Source of the DNA: Trypanosoma brucei
Taxonomy: Eukaryota
Assembly (NCBI GenBank): GCA_000002445.1
Contig: CP000071.1
Location: 2,016,001-2,080,000 of the forward strand
Direction: 5' to 3'
DNA: 64,000 bases
Within the stretch, counting starts at the first letter, position 1. Each line of letters starts with the position of its first letter. Shown here in pieces: positions 41,460-51,645 of the stretch. Below the pieces are notes generated by a model. That model had not been told where the DNA came from. It did not search any database and saw only the letters and a list, made by a program, of their open reading frames with translations. A program made the translations under genes and the position numbers.

Positions 41460-42650
41460 ATGAGGACAAGGCGTCGTAGGTCACAGGTTTATGCTTTCAC
41501 ACTTGCAGTCCTCATTGCAATATCATGTTTGGTAGTGTGTTGTGATCTCTTCTTTCTTAGCGTTATCCATTTACCGTTAGAAGAGGAAAAGGCGTCTGCA
41601 CCTATCAACGTGGACGAGTGCCTGAGGCTCACTGCCCCGAGCACCGTCAGCATTTGGCAAGAGCGTGAGTTTCTAGTGATTGTTGGCATACCCTCTGTTG
41701 ATAGGGACGAGTGGCAGAAGCGACGGAACCTTCAACGGCGGACTTGTTGGCAATACGCTGGCGTGGCTACCTTAGAAAACAACTTTACAGGTGAGCTTCT
41801 CCCGCTGTACCTCCTCGCACCACATCAATTAAACGGGTACGAAATCTCAGAATCGCTGCGGGATGAGGCTTCACGAACAAATGACGTGGTTATGCTTCCA
41901 ACCAATGATGTGTGCTCGTTTTCACGAAGGAAAATTGGTGAAGGTGGAAGCTGGGGAGTTGAGTCAGAGCTTGTGATGAGCCGCAAGACCTTCCTTTGGC
42001 TTCAGTTTGCCGTTACCGCCTTTCCAAATGTAAGTTATATTGTGAAAGGTGACGACGATGTGTTTGTCCGTGTACCGCAGTATCTCGCGGACCTCCGTGT
42101 GATGCCTCGTAATGGATTATATATGGGCCGTGTCTATGGTGCCACATTCTTCTGGAGGTCGGGTGGGATACCATTCGCTGCAGGATACTTCACTACCTTT
42201 TCCAGGGATGTTGCAGAAGCTGTTGCCTCCTACAGGCCTCTTGAACGACTTTTGAAGGCACCCTACTCCATATGGCGTATGAGGCAGTACCTTTCCATGA
42301 GTGTGTTGCATGAGGATGTAATGACCGCTTTAGTGCTGCAAGATAAGATCAGGTATAAGGGCCTGATTATTGTTGACGCCGCACCTTGTCACTTTCATAA
42401 CGCAGGCAAGAAAGGTATCAGAGCATCCTTAATTGATGAGTACGTAGTAGTCCACCATATAAAGGAAAATGACTACGAGGTCCTTATGAACCATTTTGCT
42501 GATATTGCGGTGCAGCCTAAGCCATCAAAAGTCATGTGGAGAAGTGAAAACTATGCAGTCATGCAGTGTTTTGCGACTCTAAGACTAAGGAGAAGTGCGT
42601 TGCTCGCTCTTTTATCTGCGTTAGGTACTACTTTCCGTCGGCACCCTTAG
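41460..42650 (+). CDS. UDP-sugar-dependent glycosyltransferase, beta-1,3-galactosyltransferase-like (GT31-like), type II membrane topology; paralog 1
   Basis: The ORF track starts at a GTG at 41199. In-frame ATGs are at 41355 and 41460. I chose 41460, which gives a short Arg-rich tail followed by the transmembrane stretch 'VYAFTLAVLIAISCLVVCC', mirroring paralog 2. Catalytic region contains 'FLVIVGIPSVDRDEWQKRRNLQRRTCW' and the DxD-type motif 'IVKGDDDVFV'. This is the family of trypanosomatid Golgi glycosyltransferases. The start-codon choice is uncertain. Confidence 0.7.
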   Translation: MRTRRRRSQVYAFTLAVLIAISCLVVCCDLFFLSVIHLPLEEEKASAPINVDECLRLTAPSTVSIWQEREFLVIVGIPSVDRDEWQKRRNLQRRTCWQYAGVATLENNFTGELLPLYLLAPHQLNGYEISESLRDEASRTNDVVMLPTNDVCSFSRRKIGEGGSWGVESELVMSRKTFLWLQFAVTAFPNVSYIVKGDDDVFVRVPQYLADLRVMPRNGLYMGRVYGATFFWRSGGIPFAAGYFTTFSRDVAEAVASYRPLERLLKAPYSIWRMRQYLSMSVLHEDVMTALVLQDKIRYKGLIIVDAAPCHFHNAGKKGIRASLIDEYVVVHHIKENDYEVLMNHFADIAVQPKPSKVMWRSENYAVMQCFATLRLRRSALLALLSALGTTFRRHP

Positions 42651-43143
42651 TGCGGTGTCATACCGCTATTATTCACACTTCCCCACATGTCTGTCGATCA
42701 TTTGCCGCTCTTTTGGGTCTATTGGTGCCAGTCGATACCCGTGATTAATAGGGATGTCAATTCCCTCATTAATTTCCGCCTGTTGTCCCCCTTGATGGAA
42801 TTGCTCATGCGTTGTTGGCGCGCCGCGGCACCCCGCTAACCAGCGGGACGTCTCTCTCTCTTTACCGGATAAAGTGAGGCGATTACTTTTCACCAGGAGT
42901 TTGTTATTACCTTGACGACTTGTTTTTCTCCGATAAATACTTCACATTTCCGATTGTAAGAATATGTCGACTGTGCTCTTCTAATCATGTGTCACACAGG
43001 TTTCCGCAGGTGGGTTGGGGGAGGTAACGTGTGCTAACACAGTGCCTTGTTGGTTCCACGATGCCTCGCTGCTGATCAACGGGCTGTGCAAATCCCTGTT
43101 TCATGCTTATTTTGTTTTATTTTTTCGCCAATTACCTCCAGAT

Positions 43144-44274
43144 ATGACACAAAGGAAAGTGTACCCGCCTTACTCGTGGAGGAAACCGCGCGCTTCCGTC
43201 TTGGTGCTGACGACCACCTTTACAATGGCCCTCATCATTATAATGTGGGACATTTACCACATTTCGGAGGTGCATTCGAACAGCAGTTATGATCTCTTAG
43301 GCACGTTTGAAAATGACTATTACTTGACGCTCACTCCCCCGAGCACCGTCAGCATTTGGCAAGAGCGTGAGTTTCTAGTGATTGTTGGCATACCCTCTGT
43401 TGATAGGGACGAGTGGCAGAAGCGACGGAACCTTCAACGGCGGACTTGTTGGCAATACGCTGGCGTGGCTACCTTAGAAAACAACTTTACAGGTGAGCTT
43501 CTCCCGCTGTACCTCCTCGCACCACATCAATTAAACGGGTACGAAATCTCAGAATCGCTGCGGGATGAGGCTTCACGAACAAATGACGTGGTTATGCTTC
43601 CAACCAATGATGTGTGTTCTCTCGCACGAAGGAAAATTGGTGAAGGTGGAAGCTGGGGAGTTGAGTCAGAGCTTGTGATGAGCCGCAAGACCTTCCTTTG
43701 GCTTCAGTTTGCCGTTACCGCCTTTCCAAATGTAAGTTATATTGTGAAAGGTGACGACGATGTGTTTGTCCGTGTACCGCAGTATCTCGCGGACCTCCGT
43801 GTGATGCCTCGTAATGGATTATATATGGGCCGTGTCTATGGTGCCACATTCTTCTGGAGGTCGGGTGGGATACCATTCGCTGCAGGATACTTCACTACCT
43901 TTTCCAGAGATGTTGCAGAAGCTGTTGCCTCCTACAGGCCTCTTGAACGACTTTTGAAGGCACCCTACTCCATATGGCGTATGAGGCAGTACCTTTCCAT
44001 GAGTGTGTTGCATGAGGATGTAATGAGTGCTTTAGTGCTGCAAGATAAGATCAGGTATAAGGGCCTGATCATTGCCAACGCAGCAGGGTGTCACTTTCAC
44101 AACAAAGCAAAAGAAGACATCAGGGAGGCAGTGAGCAATAGATCTGTTGTAGTCCACCATATAAGGGAAGAAGACTACGAGGTTCTGATGGATCATTTTT
44201 CTAACATTTCGGAACGACCTCAGCCATACGGCGTCAGGTGGCTACGGAATGACCGCGCTATGGTTCTGTGCTAA
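43144..44274 (+). CDS. UDP-sugar-dependent glycosyltransferase, beta-1,3-galactosyltransferase-like; paralog 2 (376 aa)
   Basis: The ORF track starts at a TTG at 43015. The ATG at 43144 gives 'MTQRKVYPPYSWRKPRASVLVLTTTFTMALIIIMW', a cytoplasmic tail plus signal anchor. About 750 bp of the catalytic core are near-identical to paralog 1 at the nucleotide level. Confidence 0.8.
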   Translation: MTQRKVYPPYSWRKPRASVLVLTTTFTMALIIIMWDIYHISEVHSNSSYDLLGTFENDYYLTLTPPSTVSIWQEREFLVIVGIPSVDRDEWQKRRNLQRRTCWQYAGVATLENNFTGELLPLYLLAPHQLNGYEISESLRDEASRTNDVVMLPTNDVCSLARRKIGEGGSWGVESELVMSRKTFLWLQFAVTAFPNVSYIVKGDDDVFVRVPQYLADLRVMPRNGLYMGRVYGATFFWRSGGIPFAAGYFTTFSRDVAEAVASYRPLERLLKAPYSIWRMRQYLSMSVLHEDVMSALVLQDKIRYKGLIIANAAGCHFHNKAKEDIREAVSNRSVVVHHIREEDYEVLMDHFSNISERPQPYGVRWLRNDRAMVLC

Positions 44275-44867
44275 CTTAACCCGGTGCCTCGAAGAGACAC
44301 GCGTTTTACTCACCCCTATTTTTTTCTTAACATTTGTTGGTTAGCGGTTTATATGTTTTTTATAATTTTTTGACATGAGTCTATCTATTTGTTTATTTAT
44401 TGCGATTATTTGTTTTATTTTCATCGTCATACCAAGTGGCAGTGTTCGCATACCTGGAAGGTGATGTAACAGCGCTGAAACTTTTGTTTGACCTCCGTGT
44501 ATCTCATTATTTGTCGAGTTTCCATGCACACGACCGCATAACCACACCATGCATGGTGGCTTGTGTTCTTATCTTCCTTTAAGTGGAGCACGTCCAAACC
44601 TCCTTGTGTATACATCCTGTTAGGAGTATGAGCAATTGGTGAATCAAGCACAACCCAGTGATGTGGGTTGTTGTGCAAAGACGTAACGCTGTATAATAGA
44701 AATGTGCCCTTTATGGGTAACAGAGTAGTGTTTTGAACAACTTTCTCGCCTTGCTCTCTCATCCCTTGTTCATTCCCCTCCAATCATGTGACAGCATTTA
44801 GTGTTACCCATTGAGATGACGTTTTGAAAGATGTACTGGACTACACTTTAATTGCAGAAATACTTTG

Positions 44868-45902
44868 GTACCGTTAGAAGAGGAAAAGGCGTCTGCACCT
44901 ATCAACGTGGACGAGTGCCTGAGGCTCACTGCCCCGAGCACCGTCAGCATTTGGCAAGAGCGTGAGTTTCTAGTGATTGTTGGCATACCCTCTGTTGATA
45001 GGGACGAGTGGCAGAAGCGACGGAACCTTCAACGGCGGACTTGTTGGCAATACGCTGGCGTGGCTACCTTAGAAAACAACTTTACAGGTGAGCTTCTCCC
45101 GCTGTACCTCCTCGCACCACATCAATTAAACGGGTACGAAATCTCAGAATCGCTGCGGGATGAGGCTTCACGAACAAATGACGTGGTTATGCTTCCAACC
45201 AATGATGTGTGTTCTCTCGCACGAAGGAAAATTGGTGAAGGTGGAAGCTGGGGAGTTGAGTCAGAGCTTGTGATGAGCCGCAAGACCTTCCTTTGGCTTC
45301 AGTTTGCCGTTACCGCCTTTCCAAATGTAAGTTATATTGTGAAAGGTGACGACGATGTGTTTGTCCGTGTACCGCAGTATCTCGCGGACCTCCGTGTGAT
45401 GCCTCGTAATGGATTATATATGGGCCGTGTCTATGGTGCCACATTCTTCTGGAGGTCGGGTGGGATACCATTCGCTGCAGGATACTTCACTACCTTTTCC
45501 AGGGATGTTGCAGAAGCTGTTGCCTCCTACAGGCCTCTTGAACGACTCTTGAAGGCACCCTACTCCATATGGCGTATGAGGCAGTACCTTTCCATGAGTG
45601 TGTTGCATGAGGATGTAATGAGTGCTTTAGTGCTGCAAGATAAGATCAGGTATAAGGGCCTGATTATTGTTGACGCCGCACCTTGTCACTTTCATAACGC
45701 AGGCAAGGGTGATGTTGCGCAACACTTTACGAGTGTGTGTCTTCCGCCATGTGATGGAAAGTTAGGGCCATTTCTACGCACGATTCGCCGGCGTTTTGGT
45801 GGAACGGCAAAGCTTCCTTGTTGGCCTGAGGAAGAGAATAATTATTTAACCAGAAATTCACCGGTATATATCGTTTACGTTATCCATCCAGTTAAACCGT
45901 AG
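44868..45902 (+). pseudogene. 5'-truncated glycosyltransferase paralog 3, probable pseudogene or gene fragment
   Basis: Homology to paralog 1 begins abruptly at 'taccgttagaagaggaaaagg' (44868, matching 41573). There is no upstream ATG and no signal-anchor-coding segment. The ORF track had to start at a TTG. The 3' end diverges after '...HFHNAGK' into an unrelated reading frame ending at 45902. The core is mosaic between paralogs 1 and 2. Confidence 0.5.
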
Positions 45903-46779
45903 AGTCAAAAGTATTGTCTCTAATGCGTTGATGTGTGTGTCCACACGGCTCTAACTGCTCTTCGTTAACTGTTGTTTGGTCAGTAAATGTCGCGGAGTGT
46001 AATGGCATGAGGGCATAATTGTACATCTTTACTAATTTTGATGGGTGTGCTGGGCGATGGCGTGGGCATGTCCCTGAACGGTAGTATTATTTTGACGTTG
46101 AGTCTAATTAGATGACGTTTTTTTTCCCAGTGGTTGATGTTGGCAGCTATCTTGAACGGTGGTCGACTTCCTTTTAAGGTACCAATTCAGTCGACCCGAC
46201 GGTAGGCTTTTAAGCAGTAGCACCAGGATGGTCAATAGTCGCTGGTTGGAACGACTTTTTCCTCTGTTTAGTTATGTGTCTCAGGTGCCACCTCCAAATG
46301 TTTTACTTTCTATTGTGCCCTACCACATTTTTGATCTGGTTGCAAAAGGTGATTGGTGCGGTTGTTTGGTGAGTTGCGTGCCGACTACGTGAATGCCCCT
46401 ACGTGATGTGTTGCTCCCTTATTTTTTAGACCTGTTATTTCTGTAAGAGGTTACTGGGGGTGCACTTGTCCATCCACCGATGACACCAATTCATTCACAT
46501 TGGGGCAACCGGCGTGCCTCTTGTGGGAGGGCAGCCGACCGACTTCTACGTTCGTTTTTGTATGGTAGAGTGTGCTGTCATTTGGCGCTGTCCTAAATAT
46601 AAAGTCCGGGATTCGGTGGCTGGCTGCGCTTATCCGTTGCGTATGCTCATGTATTATGTATGCGTGTTCCTTCACTTCCTTTTACGTGGTATTGCACCCT
46701 GTTGGATGCGCTGTTAGGTGAGGTGTTCTTTTTTCTTTTTCTTTTGTAAAGTGTTAATCTGTCTTATATCATTCAGCTT

Positions 46780-47952
46780 ATGCCTCAGGTGGATCTCGTT
46801 AAACTCTTGCAAATATGTGTGAATGGCGCTTTGGCTGCGCAGCAGTACATTCTGCTCGATCTGATTCAGCTTCGCAGTTTGGAAGTATCCCGTCGTGACG
46901 TGTGTATAGCGGATTTGGACCAGCAGGAAATTGCGCGGTTGCGTGCCCGTCTGAAAGCTGCGGTTTCGGTTGATGTGAAGGGGAAGCTCGAGTATAAAGA
47001 GGGTGGCTCCGTTGATGACCTCGTGACAACTGCGGATGTCGTCACTCAGGGCTTAATGGAGCGCCTCCTCGCTGAGGCATTCCCGGATACGCCCTTTACT
47101 ATTATTGGTGAAGAAGAAGCAACAACAACTGATGCCATTAAAATACAGGTGGAACGTTGTGTGGAAGCGTTCCGTGACGTGAACGCCGTAGCACCACTGC
47201 AAAAAGAACTTGAGGCACATGCCTCCAGTGATTCGCGGCACGTGTCAGCATCAACCGTGGAGGAGCTCCGCGCTCGCGTTGGGGTATTCATTGACCCAAT
47301 CGATGCCACAAGCTGCTTCGTTGACGGGACGTGGGGTGCCCCAATGACGCTTGTTGGGATCACAGTTGACGGTGTACCGGTTGCCGGTGTTTCCAATCGT
47401 TTTTTTTACAGCACTGTTGATGACTTAACTTCGGGCGGTAATGCCGGATGTACGGGTCTATCATACGTGTGGAATGACCCCTCTGCGGGACCTTTTATTG
47501 TGCACGAGGGACGGCTGGCGACTCCTCTTTGGTCACTCGGAAGGAAGACGACCAGCAACCTTGCCATGCTACGTGTTATTCGTTCTGGCACAACCAGTAA
47601 TAAGCGCTTCGAGCAGTTGTTGGCCCGACTGCAGCCCGTTGAGCCTCGAAGTGCTCGGGGCGCTGGCAATAAGTTGATGCTTCTTGTTGTCTCTATGCTC
47701 GCGGCATCAGATGGGGCGGCTGCCGCTGCATGCGACGTATTCTTGGCCCCACCTAACAGCATCAGCAAGTGGGACACATGCGCTGCTCACGCTTTCCTTC
47801 TGGCGCTAGGAGGTGATATGCGTACACTGCGGGGAGAACTCATCCGGTACCCGCTGCGAGGCACAACTAATCTCAAAACCCTTCCTGACGGGGTCGTTGG
47901 TTTGACGCGATGGTCGATGACGGAAGGCCTTCGGCGTTTGGGATGGCAGTAG
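46780..47952 (+). CDS. inositol monophosphatase-family phosphatase (IMPase or 3'(2'),5'-bisphosphate nucleotidase-like), 390 aa
   Basis: Family motifs present: 'GVFIDPIDATSCFVDG' (the DPIDGT-type metal-binding motif) and 'WDTCAAHAFLLALGGDM' (the WD-x-AAG C-terminal motif). Confidence 0.7.
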   Translation: MPQVDLVKLLQICVNGALAAQQYILLDLIQLRSLEVSRRDVCIADLDQQEIARLRARLKAAVSVDVKGKLEYKEGGSVDDLVTTADVVTQGLMERLLAEAFPDTPFTIIGEEEATTTDAIKIQVERCVEAFRDVNAVAPLQKELEAHASSDSRHVSASTVEELRARVGVFIDPIDATSCFVDGTWGAPMTLVGITVDGVPVAGVSNRFFYSTVDDLTSGGNAGCTGLSYVWNDPSAGPFIVHEGRLATPLWSLGRKTTSNLAMLRVIRSGTTSNKRFEQLLARLQPVEPRSARGAGNKLMLLVVSMLAASDGAAAAACDVFLAPPNSISKWDTCAAHAFLLALGGDMRTLRGELIRYPLRGTTNLKTLPDGVVGLTRWSMTEGLRRLGWQ

Positions 47953-48370
47953 TCGCTACAGGAAATCAATAAATCGTTATTGCCCCTTTTTAAAAAAGAA
48001 AACAAAAGAAAATTCAACTTAGTCATATGAACGTATGGTCTAATGTCCCATCAACGGTAGAGTAATGCGCGTAGGAATGCAGTTCACCTATGTCCATGTC
48101 CATGTTTTGTTTTGTTTATCCTACTTTGGCGGGGAGGGCGGTCGTGGATCGATATTTCCATACAACTTCTGTAATGTTTTGAATATCAACTTGTTCCCTC
48201 TTCTTTTTCGTCTGCGCGACTGCCTCCGCAGTTTCCCTATTTCGTTCGTGTTTGTTTCCCCCACTTCGTAGCCATTACATCGGGCCGTTTCTATTGTTGT
48301 TGTTGTGTTTGGCCTGTATCGTGAGGACTTGTTGGGTCGCGCAGAACAAGTGAGGAGTGCAAAACAACAA

Positions 48371-49057
48371 ATGCCCACGCCACAGCAGAGTGAAGGAAAA
48401 GACCTGCACCGGCGCTTTGCGGAAGCAGCTAAGGGTGTGACAGAGTTGTACCGCAATGCCACTCTCTCATACAATGCCGGCTATCGAGACGCCCTTCTGT
48501 TAGTTGAGCGTTACGCCCTTATCGCAGCACAAAGTGGGGAAGCAACACCGCACGGTGCATTAAGGCGCGACGACAGAACCAGTGATGGCGGCACTGACCG
48601 CAACAGTCATTTGAGCGATCAGAGTATAAGTAATGGCGACAGTATAAGCATTAGCAGTTCACAGGATTCTGCGATCCCAGCATCAAGGACATCCTTTGCG
48701 CAATGGGGAACACAGTCACCGCAGTTACTGAACATCAAGCAGCTGCTGTGGTTCATACAAAACATAGTGAAGAGTCATGATGCTCTCACCGGTGCCCCAC
48801 GCACCTTAAAACGCAGGCGGAGGCGGTCGTGTAGTTCAGCCGGTGTTCGCGGCTGCGCCGTCGGTAACGATAATGAAGACAACACCAGTAGTGGTGAAGG
48901 TGGCGGCAGTGGCGGGGGTTTTGGAGGACTACCGATTCCAAGGTTCCGCTCCCCACAACATCGGGCAGAGAACTGGAACGAGTTGCTGCTGCTTGGTGAA
49001 GGCCGTGCGACGCCACACACGGACGCCGACGGGATCAATTCCGAGGGTGAGCTATGA
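48371..49057 (+). CDS. hypothetical protein (about 228 aa) with a Gly-rich C-terminus
   Basis: The ORF track starts at a GTG at 48305. The first ATG is at 48371. Features are a Ser-rich middle, 'GGGSGGGFGGLPIPRFRSP' and no domain recognised. The start codon is uncertain. Confidence 0.35.
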   Translation: MPTPQQSEGKDLHRRFAEAAKGVTELYRNATLSYNAGYRDALLLVERYALIAAQSGEATPHGALRRDDRTSDGGTDRNSHLSDQSISNGDSISISSSQDSAIPASRTSFAQWGTQSPQLLNIKQLLWFIQNIVKSHDALTGAPRTLKRRRRRSCSSAGVRGCAVGNDNEDNTSSGEGGGSGGGFGGLPIPRFRSPQHRAENWNELLLLGEGRATPHTDADGINSEGEL

Positions 49058-49230
49058 CAAAAAGGTGTCTTGGGCTTATGGCTATTTATCCGACCTTGCT
49101 ATTTGGTTTGTTTCTTGCTCGTGTTCGAGCTCATTGCATCTTCCAACTTCCTGCCCTACGAGGGGTGATATTTTGCCGCGCACAATCTGAGAAACGTTGC
49201 TGATATTTACCACTTGTGGACGGATGCTAA

Positions 49231-49271
49231 TTCTGATTTTTACATTTTCTCTTGTCTCCTTTTTTATCCCC
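49231..49271 (+). promoter_or_regulatory. polypyrimidine tract, putative SL-acceptor region
   Basis: 'ttctgatttttacattttctcttgtctccttttttatcccc'. It sits inside the 5' part of the ORF-track ORF, which argues that the true start codon is downstream at 49377. Confidence 0.4.
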
Positions 49272-49376
49272 GCGAATAATACCTTGTACGTTGAATCTGC
49301 GCAGGCAATAGACCACGAGTGTAAAGCACGCGCGGCAAAACACAGAGAAAGCAAGGGAAGGAAAACGCATAGCGAC

Positions 49377-50315
49377 ATGCCCCCACACAGGAAGCATCCA
49401 GCGCGCGGACGCTCGCCACGAAATAAAAGATATAACGGTGAAGGTAAGCCGGCAACCAAGCGTGGTCGAAGTTGGAGCAAGCAACCGTCGGGCCCTCTGA
49501 CCACTAACTGCGATGGCGAGGCATCATCATACACGACAGCGGGCACACCACCGGTAGCGAGCGATCATAAATTTTGCGAGAAAACCAGGAGTACGAAACC
49601 ATCGCTGGAGGTTACTCGCACACACATTGCTCCCAACACCACTACTGCTGCTGAGGTTATCCCAAATGCAAGCGTTACCTCCGCAGTCGGAAGTGCGGGA
49701 GGCACTGAAACGGCAGCCACCCCGACAGCGAAGGGTGCCGACAATCTGAGCGATACCGATATGGAGAAGTACAATGATCTACAGCGGCTTCTACGGCGAA
49801 TTATTGCTCTGGAATTTAGTGAAAGGTGTACGCAGCGCTCCATCACTGTCGTCACCATGATATGCGAAACGCTCTGCACGGACCCTGTAGCCATTGTAAA
49901 GGTGATGGAGGTGGTGGACCAATGTTTCGGTGAAGCAGTGCGAAGTCAGGAGCCGAGACTGCTCATGCATTATTGGTACATACTGGATGCCATCCTGAAA
50001 CACTTCAATGGAAAGCCTCATTTGTTGAAAGCGGTGCTGGTGGCTATTCCACACTTTGTCCGACAATACCTGCCGTGGCGTGGTAGCAACCTGGCAGGTC
50101 AGCCGTGGAGCGAGTATGATAAGTACAGACCCGCATATGAAGACATGCTTGGCACATGGAAGGTTGTACTGGAGGAGCGGGCGCTGGAAGAAATTATGAA
50201 ACTGTGGAGGGAGGGTATGGGAAACCACTACGCAGATAAAGTGGGCAATGTAGGGGCAAGGGTCCCGCTAGGCAACGCGACTGCTGATTCACAGAATTCT
50301 GATGCTGCCCACTAG
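49377..50315 (+). CDS. CID (RPR) domain protein, Pcf11/RPRD-like (about 312 aa)
   Basis: The region 'ITVVTMICETLCTDPVAIVKVMEVVDQCFGEAVRSQEPRLLMHYWYILDAILKHFNGKPHLLKAVLVAIPHFV...YEDMLGTWK' aligns with the Pcf11 CID ('INMLTILAEEN...KLPVMYLMDSIVKNVGGEYLHAF...LYNMLDIWE'). I chose the ATG at 49377 because the ORF-track N-terminus (TTG at 49197) overlaps a poly-Y tract. Confidence 0.5.
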   Translation: MPPHRKHPARGRSPRNKRYNGEGKPATKRGRSWSKQPSGPLTTNCDGEASSYTTAGTPPVASDHKFCEKTRSTKPSLEVTRTHIAPNTTTAAEVIPNASVTSAVGSAGGTETAATPTAKGADNLSDTDMEKYNDLQRLLRRIIALEFSERCTQRSITVVTMICETLCTDPVAIVKVMEVVDQCFGEAVRSQEPRLLMHYWYILDAILKHFNGKPHLLKAVLVAIPHFVRQYLPWRGSNLAGQPWSEYDKYRPAYEDMLGTWKVVLEERALEEIMKLWREGMGNHYADKVGNVGARVPLGNATADSQNSDAAH

Positions 50316-51645
50316 TGTGCGGAAACACCCAACGCACCCCGTGCCCTCTTATGTTTGCTCATTGTTTTACGTGGGATTAGGGTATATTAACATGGACATT
50401 CGAATAGTAGAATAATGCCGTAGTTGTCTTTGGAACATTTTGCTGCTAGGTTCGCGAGCACCACAAATACGAACTCTGCAGTTGAATTCGGGGTGCAAAC
50501 CCTCTTCTTTTTGTCGCACCGCTCACTAAGGCCAACACACACACCAGCGACTCGGTCGGCTCCTGATAGATGGTCATCGGCCGCCAGGGCGCTGTTTGCT
50601 GTAGCGTGGTAGAGATGGGTCGTGCACAATACATATAATTTTTTTTTAAAAAAAACTGCTGTCATCATCCTTTAGCTCATGTAATCTCTGCATCCGGCTC
50701 GAGTACTGCATCGTCCGAGGTGGGAGTGACTTATTCATACCGCAGCTAAACACGAGGTGCAAAGAAAAGGGGGTTTGTCTATCCGGGGGCTACCCTTTGA
50801 TTTGTCCCGCGTGTGTGCAATCAGAGTGCACTTCCTGCAAGTACTTGAAAATCGTATCCAGAGGCTGTCAGTTATGCCGGTGACTGGTCGAAGCATCTGA
50901 ATTTTTGCAATGAGGACAAGCCTCCTGTACGAGCTCAGTTAGTTTGAAGCTGCAGAGTATATTTAATTGGAACGGAAAATTGAAGTACCTAAGTGCCACA
51001 ACCGACCACTTTCGTATAAGTTTTTTGGTTTTTGGCCATTTGGCCCTCTATTTATCGAAGAGAAACACTTTGGCGACATGAAAGCGCTGTTGGCACCTAA
51101 TTATCACAACCGGGGTCGTGCAAAAGTATTTGTACAAGGAAGGGTAATGCTACTTGTGGGTAATGAGTTTTTTTTTTTACAACCGAGCACCCCGTGCTCA
51201 GGTTTTTGGACTCCACACCGGTGGAAGTCGTTTCGTATACACAAAAGAATTAGGTGTATTGTTGAAATATCACGCAGAAAAGTACTTGTTCTGAAGTTAC
51301 GCACCCGTTGCAGCGTGTATGCAGGGTAGAGATCGTAGCACATAAAAACTATCTGCCAGATTGTGGGATAGCAAACGGTCTTGGCATCAGTCAAGTTGTT
51401 GCTTTGGCCTGATGTTTGGCAGTGCAGAGATTGAGGGTGCAAATGAGTGTTTGCGCCTATGCACTCCTCCTCCAGATGCTCACTGTGTGATAATTACGGT
51501 ACTGCACTCTTGTGTGTCGTATCTTGTGGTGATGTGTCGTTCTTTAAACTTTCGAAATGTTGGCACCGTCCACTTCCTCATCTAGCTGTGTCACTGTTTT
51601 CTCCACCTCTGTGCACATGTGTATTTTGCAGTATTGAACATAGGT

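Noticed and set aside
44427-44860. Unique 430-bp segment upstream of the truncated glycosyltransferase copy. I considered it as a possible retroposon (ingi/RIME-like) insertion that removed the 5' end.
   Set aside because: I do not see terminal repeats, a poly(A) tail, target-site duplication or a reverse-transcriptase-like ORF. The 118-aa minus ORF there has no recognisable similarity. I cannot support a mobile-element call from the sequence.
42117-45608. Three identical 64-aa minus-strand ORFs ('MQHTHGKVLPHTPYGVGCLQKSFKRP...') at 42117..42311, 43819..44013 and 45414..45608, plus related ORFs at 41489..41689 and 44804..44986
   Set aside because: They are antisense shadows of the near-identical glycosyltransferase cores. 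Their triplication only reflects the + strand paralogy.
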